From contig NW_027139442.1 of assembly GCF_035084215.1 (NCBI RefSeq), forward strand, positions 2,294,001-2,358,000: a DNA stretch of 64,000 nt, given 5' to 3'. The notes under the pieces are model-generated. The model searched no databases. It was not told the origin of the DNA and saw only the letters and a list, made by a program, of their open reading frames with translations. Source of the DNA: Heptranchias perlo. Lineage: Eukaryota. The number at the start of each line of letters is the position of its first letter. The stretch's first letter is position 1. Positions 60,375-64,000 of the stretch are shown here, one piece after another. Both the position numbers and the translations under genes were made by a program.

Positions 60375-62530
60375 TTATTAAATGTTTCACATTGATCAGA
60401 TGGCACCCTGTGTCCAGTGTACATTATTATTAAATGTTTCATATTAACCAGATGTGACCCAGTGCCCAGCCTGCATTATTATGAATGGTTTTACATTGAC
60501 CAGATGTGACCCAGTGTCCAGTGTGCATTATTATTATAAGTTTCAGATTGACCAGATTCGTCCCAGTGTCGAATGTGCATTATTACGAAATGTTATACGT
60601 TGAACTGATGTGACCCAGTGCCCAGTATTCATTATTAATTAATGCTACACATTGAGTAGATGTGACACAGTGTGCAATGTGCATTGTTATTAACTGTGGC
60701 ACATTGGCCAGATGTGACCCATTGTCCTATGTGCATTACTGGTAACTGTTTCACATTGGCCAGATGTGACCCATTGTCCTATGTGCATCACTGGTAACTG
60801 TTTCACATTGACCAGATGTGACCCAGTATCCAGTGTGCAATTTTAGTAAATGTTTCACTTTGACCAGATGTGATGCAGTGTCCAGTCTGCATTAATATTC
60901 AATGTTTCATACTGTCCAGAGATGGCCCAGTGTCCAATACGCATTATTACTAAATGCTTCACAATGACAAGCTGTGGCGCAGTGTCCAGTGCACATTATT
61001 ATTAATAAATGTTTCTAATTGACCAGATGTGATCCAGTATCCAGTTTACATTATTATTAAATATTTCACATTAACAAGAGGTGACCCAGCATCCAGTGCA
61101 CATTATTATCAGATGATCCACATTAACCAGGTGTGCCCCAGTGCCAAATATGCAATGCTACTAAATGCTTCACTTTGACCAGATTTGGTCCAGTGTCAAA
61201 GTTATCATTGCTACTAAATGCTTCACTTTGACCAGATTTGCCCAGTGTCAAAGTTATCATTACTTATAAATGCTTCACTTTGACCAGATATGGCCCAGTG
61301 TGCATGTTATCATTCAATGCTTATCATTGACAAAATGTGGCAACGTCTCCAGTGTACATTATTATTAAATGATTCACGTTGACCAGATGTGCTACAGTGT
61401 CCAGTGTGCGTTATGAAATGTTATACATTGACCAGATGTGGCCGAACGTCCAATCTGCATTATTATTAAAAGTTTCACATTGACCAGATGTGACCCACTG
61501 TCCAGTGTGCAATTTTAGTAAATGTTTCACTTTAACCAGATATGACCCAGTATCCAGTGTTAAATGTTTCACATTGACAAGAGGTGACGCAGTGTCTGGT
61601 GTGCATTATTCTTCAAAGTTTCTCATTGATCAAATGTGGTATCGTGTCCAATATACATGATTTTTAAATTTTACATGTTCACAATCTTGCCCAGTGTCCA
61701 GTATCCATTATTATTAAATATTTCTGATGGACCAGATGAGTTACAGTGTACATAGTGCATTGCTATTAAATGCTCCACATTGACCATATGCGACCCAGTG
61801 TCCAAGGCGCATTGGTACGATATATTTCACATTGACCAGATGTGACCCAGCTTCCAGTGTACATTATTATTAAAACATGATTCAAGTTCACCAGATGTGC
61901 CCCATTGTCCAGTGTGTATCCCCCCTGGATGCTTCACATTGTTCAGAGGTGACCCACGATCTAGTGTGCATTATTAAATGTTAAATGATGTGATGCAATG
62001 TCCAGTGTGGATTAATATTCAATGCTTCACATTGCATCATTATTAATAAATGTATCTCGTTGACCAGATGTGGTCCAGTGTCCAGTGTGCATTATAATTA
62101 AATGTTACACGTTGACCAGATCAGGTCCAGTATCCAGTGTGCATTATTATTAAATGTTACACGTTGACCAGATCAGGTCCAGTATCCAGTGTGCATTATT
62201 ATTAAATGTTACACGTTGACCAGATCAGATCCAGTATCCAGTGTGCATTATTATTAAATGTTACACGTTGACCAGATCAGGTCCAGTATCCAGTGTGCTT
62301 TATTATTAAATGTTCACGTTGACCAGATATGACCCAGTGACCAGCGTGCATTATTATTAGATGTTTCACAAAGGCCACATAAGCGCAAGTCTCCAATGTG
62401 AATTATTGGTAAATGTTTCAGATTGACCAAATGTGGCTCAATGTCAATTATTCATTGCTATTAAATGTTTCTCATTGACCAGATAAGGTCCAGTGGGCAT
62501 TATTATTAAATGCTTCACTCTGACCAGATG
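60375..62530. repeat. 52-bp diverged tandem repeat, ~41 copies
   Basis: ACATTGACCAGATGTGACCCAGTGTCCAGTGTGCATTATTATTAAATGTTTC-like unit; near-identical copies at 62111, 62163, 62215, 62267. Confidence 0.95.
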
Positions 62531-62901
62531 CTTTTTTATTGAACACATTTTTAAAATTTTGTTGTATTTTATTTATAATGTATTCTACTAAAAAGCAGTG
62601 CGAGCCCCAGACTCTCGCTGATATTTTAATTGCATGTACCTCAGTTGGATTAAAGTTGCATAACCCCATCAGTCAACTGGCTAACTTCCCATGTCTCGCT
62701 TTCATGCTGTGAACACATTACCAATTGCCAACTAATTCACATTAAAATCAAACTTGCCCTCTTCTGCTTATCAGTAGAATTGGCCAATTACCTCTCAAGA
62801 CGTCCAGTCGCTTTCTTCCCATCACCTACCAGCCTGGTGTTATAAAATAGAAGAGGGCTGTAAATCTACAAAGCCTGCTGCAGCTTTATGTCAGTTGTCC
62901 G

Positions 62902-63800
62902 TTATTTACATACTCTGCCATTCAGTGTAAACAGATATTTCACCCCGTTCCTCAGCTCCTCTCTGAATTTCCTCAGTGTCAGTCCATAGATACACGTGTT
63001 GTTGCAGGAGCTGAGAAGCTGCAGCATGTATCCCGTTTGCTGATTGATGTATATCGGGTTAGTGTAGTATCTGTCTGTATAATTGTAGTTCTTCACCCGC
63101 CAACTTAAGGAATGTACAACATACGTGGCCCAGAGTAGAATGAAATTGCCGGATAGAGTGAAGAGCGAAATCATGGATTTCTTTCGGTTCTCGGTCTCTG
63201 GGTCATTGTGATTATCGACGTTCCTCAGGAGTGTCCTGCGGACTATATTGGACATTATAATGTGTTTGGCGGTGAGAACATTGAAAAACAGAATGAAAAA
63301 GATGGGCAGTAAAGGGGTTAAAATGCTGTCGAAAAACTCGTACGCTGCCCACCAGGGCGAGGTATGATAGGCAGCCGTTAAAATGCAGAAATACGGGACG
63401 CCATTAATTATAAATTGGGGTTGGTACACAAAGTAAAAGGGGATGCTCCTCAAACAGCCTAGCATACACACGGTCCCTGCAACAAGGCTCGCCATCCTTT
63501 GGGTACAAAACTTTGGTTTGAGATTCTGACAGCAAATGGCTACAAAGCGATCGACGGTGAAAGCGACCGTGAACCAGACCGAACAGTCCAGGGCCGCAAT
63601 CTTCGTCACAAGTTTCAGGGCACATATTGGAGTGATGAACAAAACATTTACTGGCACGTAAATGTTGTTAATTCGCTTCATAATGACTTCAATGATCACC
63701 ACCGTTAGATCGGCGGCTGCCATTCCCACCAGGTAGCGAGTGATACATTTGGAGAGACCGCATTTGCCTCGGGACAGGATCACAATCGCTACCAAGTTAA
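62902..63800 (-). CDS. GPR139/GPR142-like class A GPCR, intact main coding exon (short first exon expected beyond the window end)
   Basis: Acceptor CTCTCTTACAG before 63800; open ~299 codons with NLVAIVILSRGKCGLS, FTVDRFVAIC, MLQLLSSCNNTCIYGLT, KFREEL; stop at 62902-62904. Confidence 0.93.
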
Positions 63801-64000
63801 CTGTAAGAGAGAGAGAGAGATAAAGGGAATTATCACCACACTCGGTACAAAATAGATCACTCGGAGAGTTAGAGAGAATCCATGACGTGGTTGCTTAGAG
63901 GGGCAGAGGTAAATCCGAGCGGAGCTGGAAAATAAAACAACGCAGAGCTGGCAGAGTGTTTTTTTTTTAATTTAAGAGAGATTGATCAAAGGGAAGGGGT

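Overview
Eukaryotic, vertebrate-type genomic DNA. The repeat families and GPCR type suggest a cartilaginous fish (inference). The main content is an apparently intact + strand gene (20307-52944) for a type I membrane receptor: a signal peptide split over a 31-nt and a 33-nt exon, eight phase-1 C2-type Ig exons (five from internal tandem duplication), and a TM exon with an N-terminal Arg. This is the architecture of activating leukocyte-receptor-complex (LILRA/OSCAR/GPVI-like) receptors. Two minus-strand GPR139/GPR142-like class A GPCR coding exons flank it: one intact (62902-63800) and one broken by a single TGG>TGA (8646-9535). The left third holds two old inverted duplications. One copies a CpG-island ciliary-type promoter (RFX X-box) that precedes a degenerate Tectonic exon; the other copies the receptor's promoter and leader as a dead head-to-head copy. 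Also present: a young Penelope-type palindromic insertion with a minimal hammerhead ribozyme core, four decayed tRNA genes, a solo LTR, many CR1/L2/other LINE fragments, a Deu-domain SINE and at least eight tandem-repeat arrays. All alignments were done by eye; repeat boundaries are approximate.
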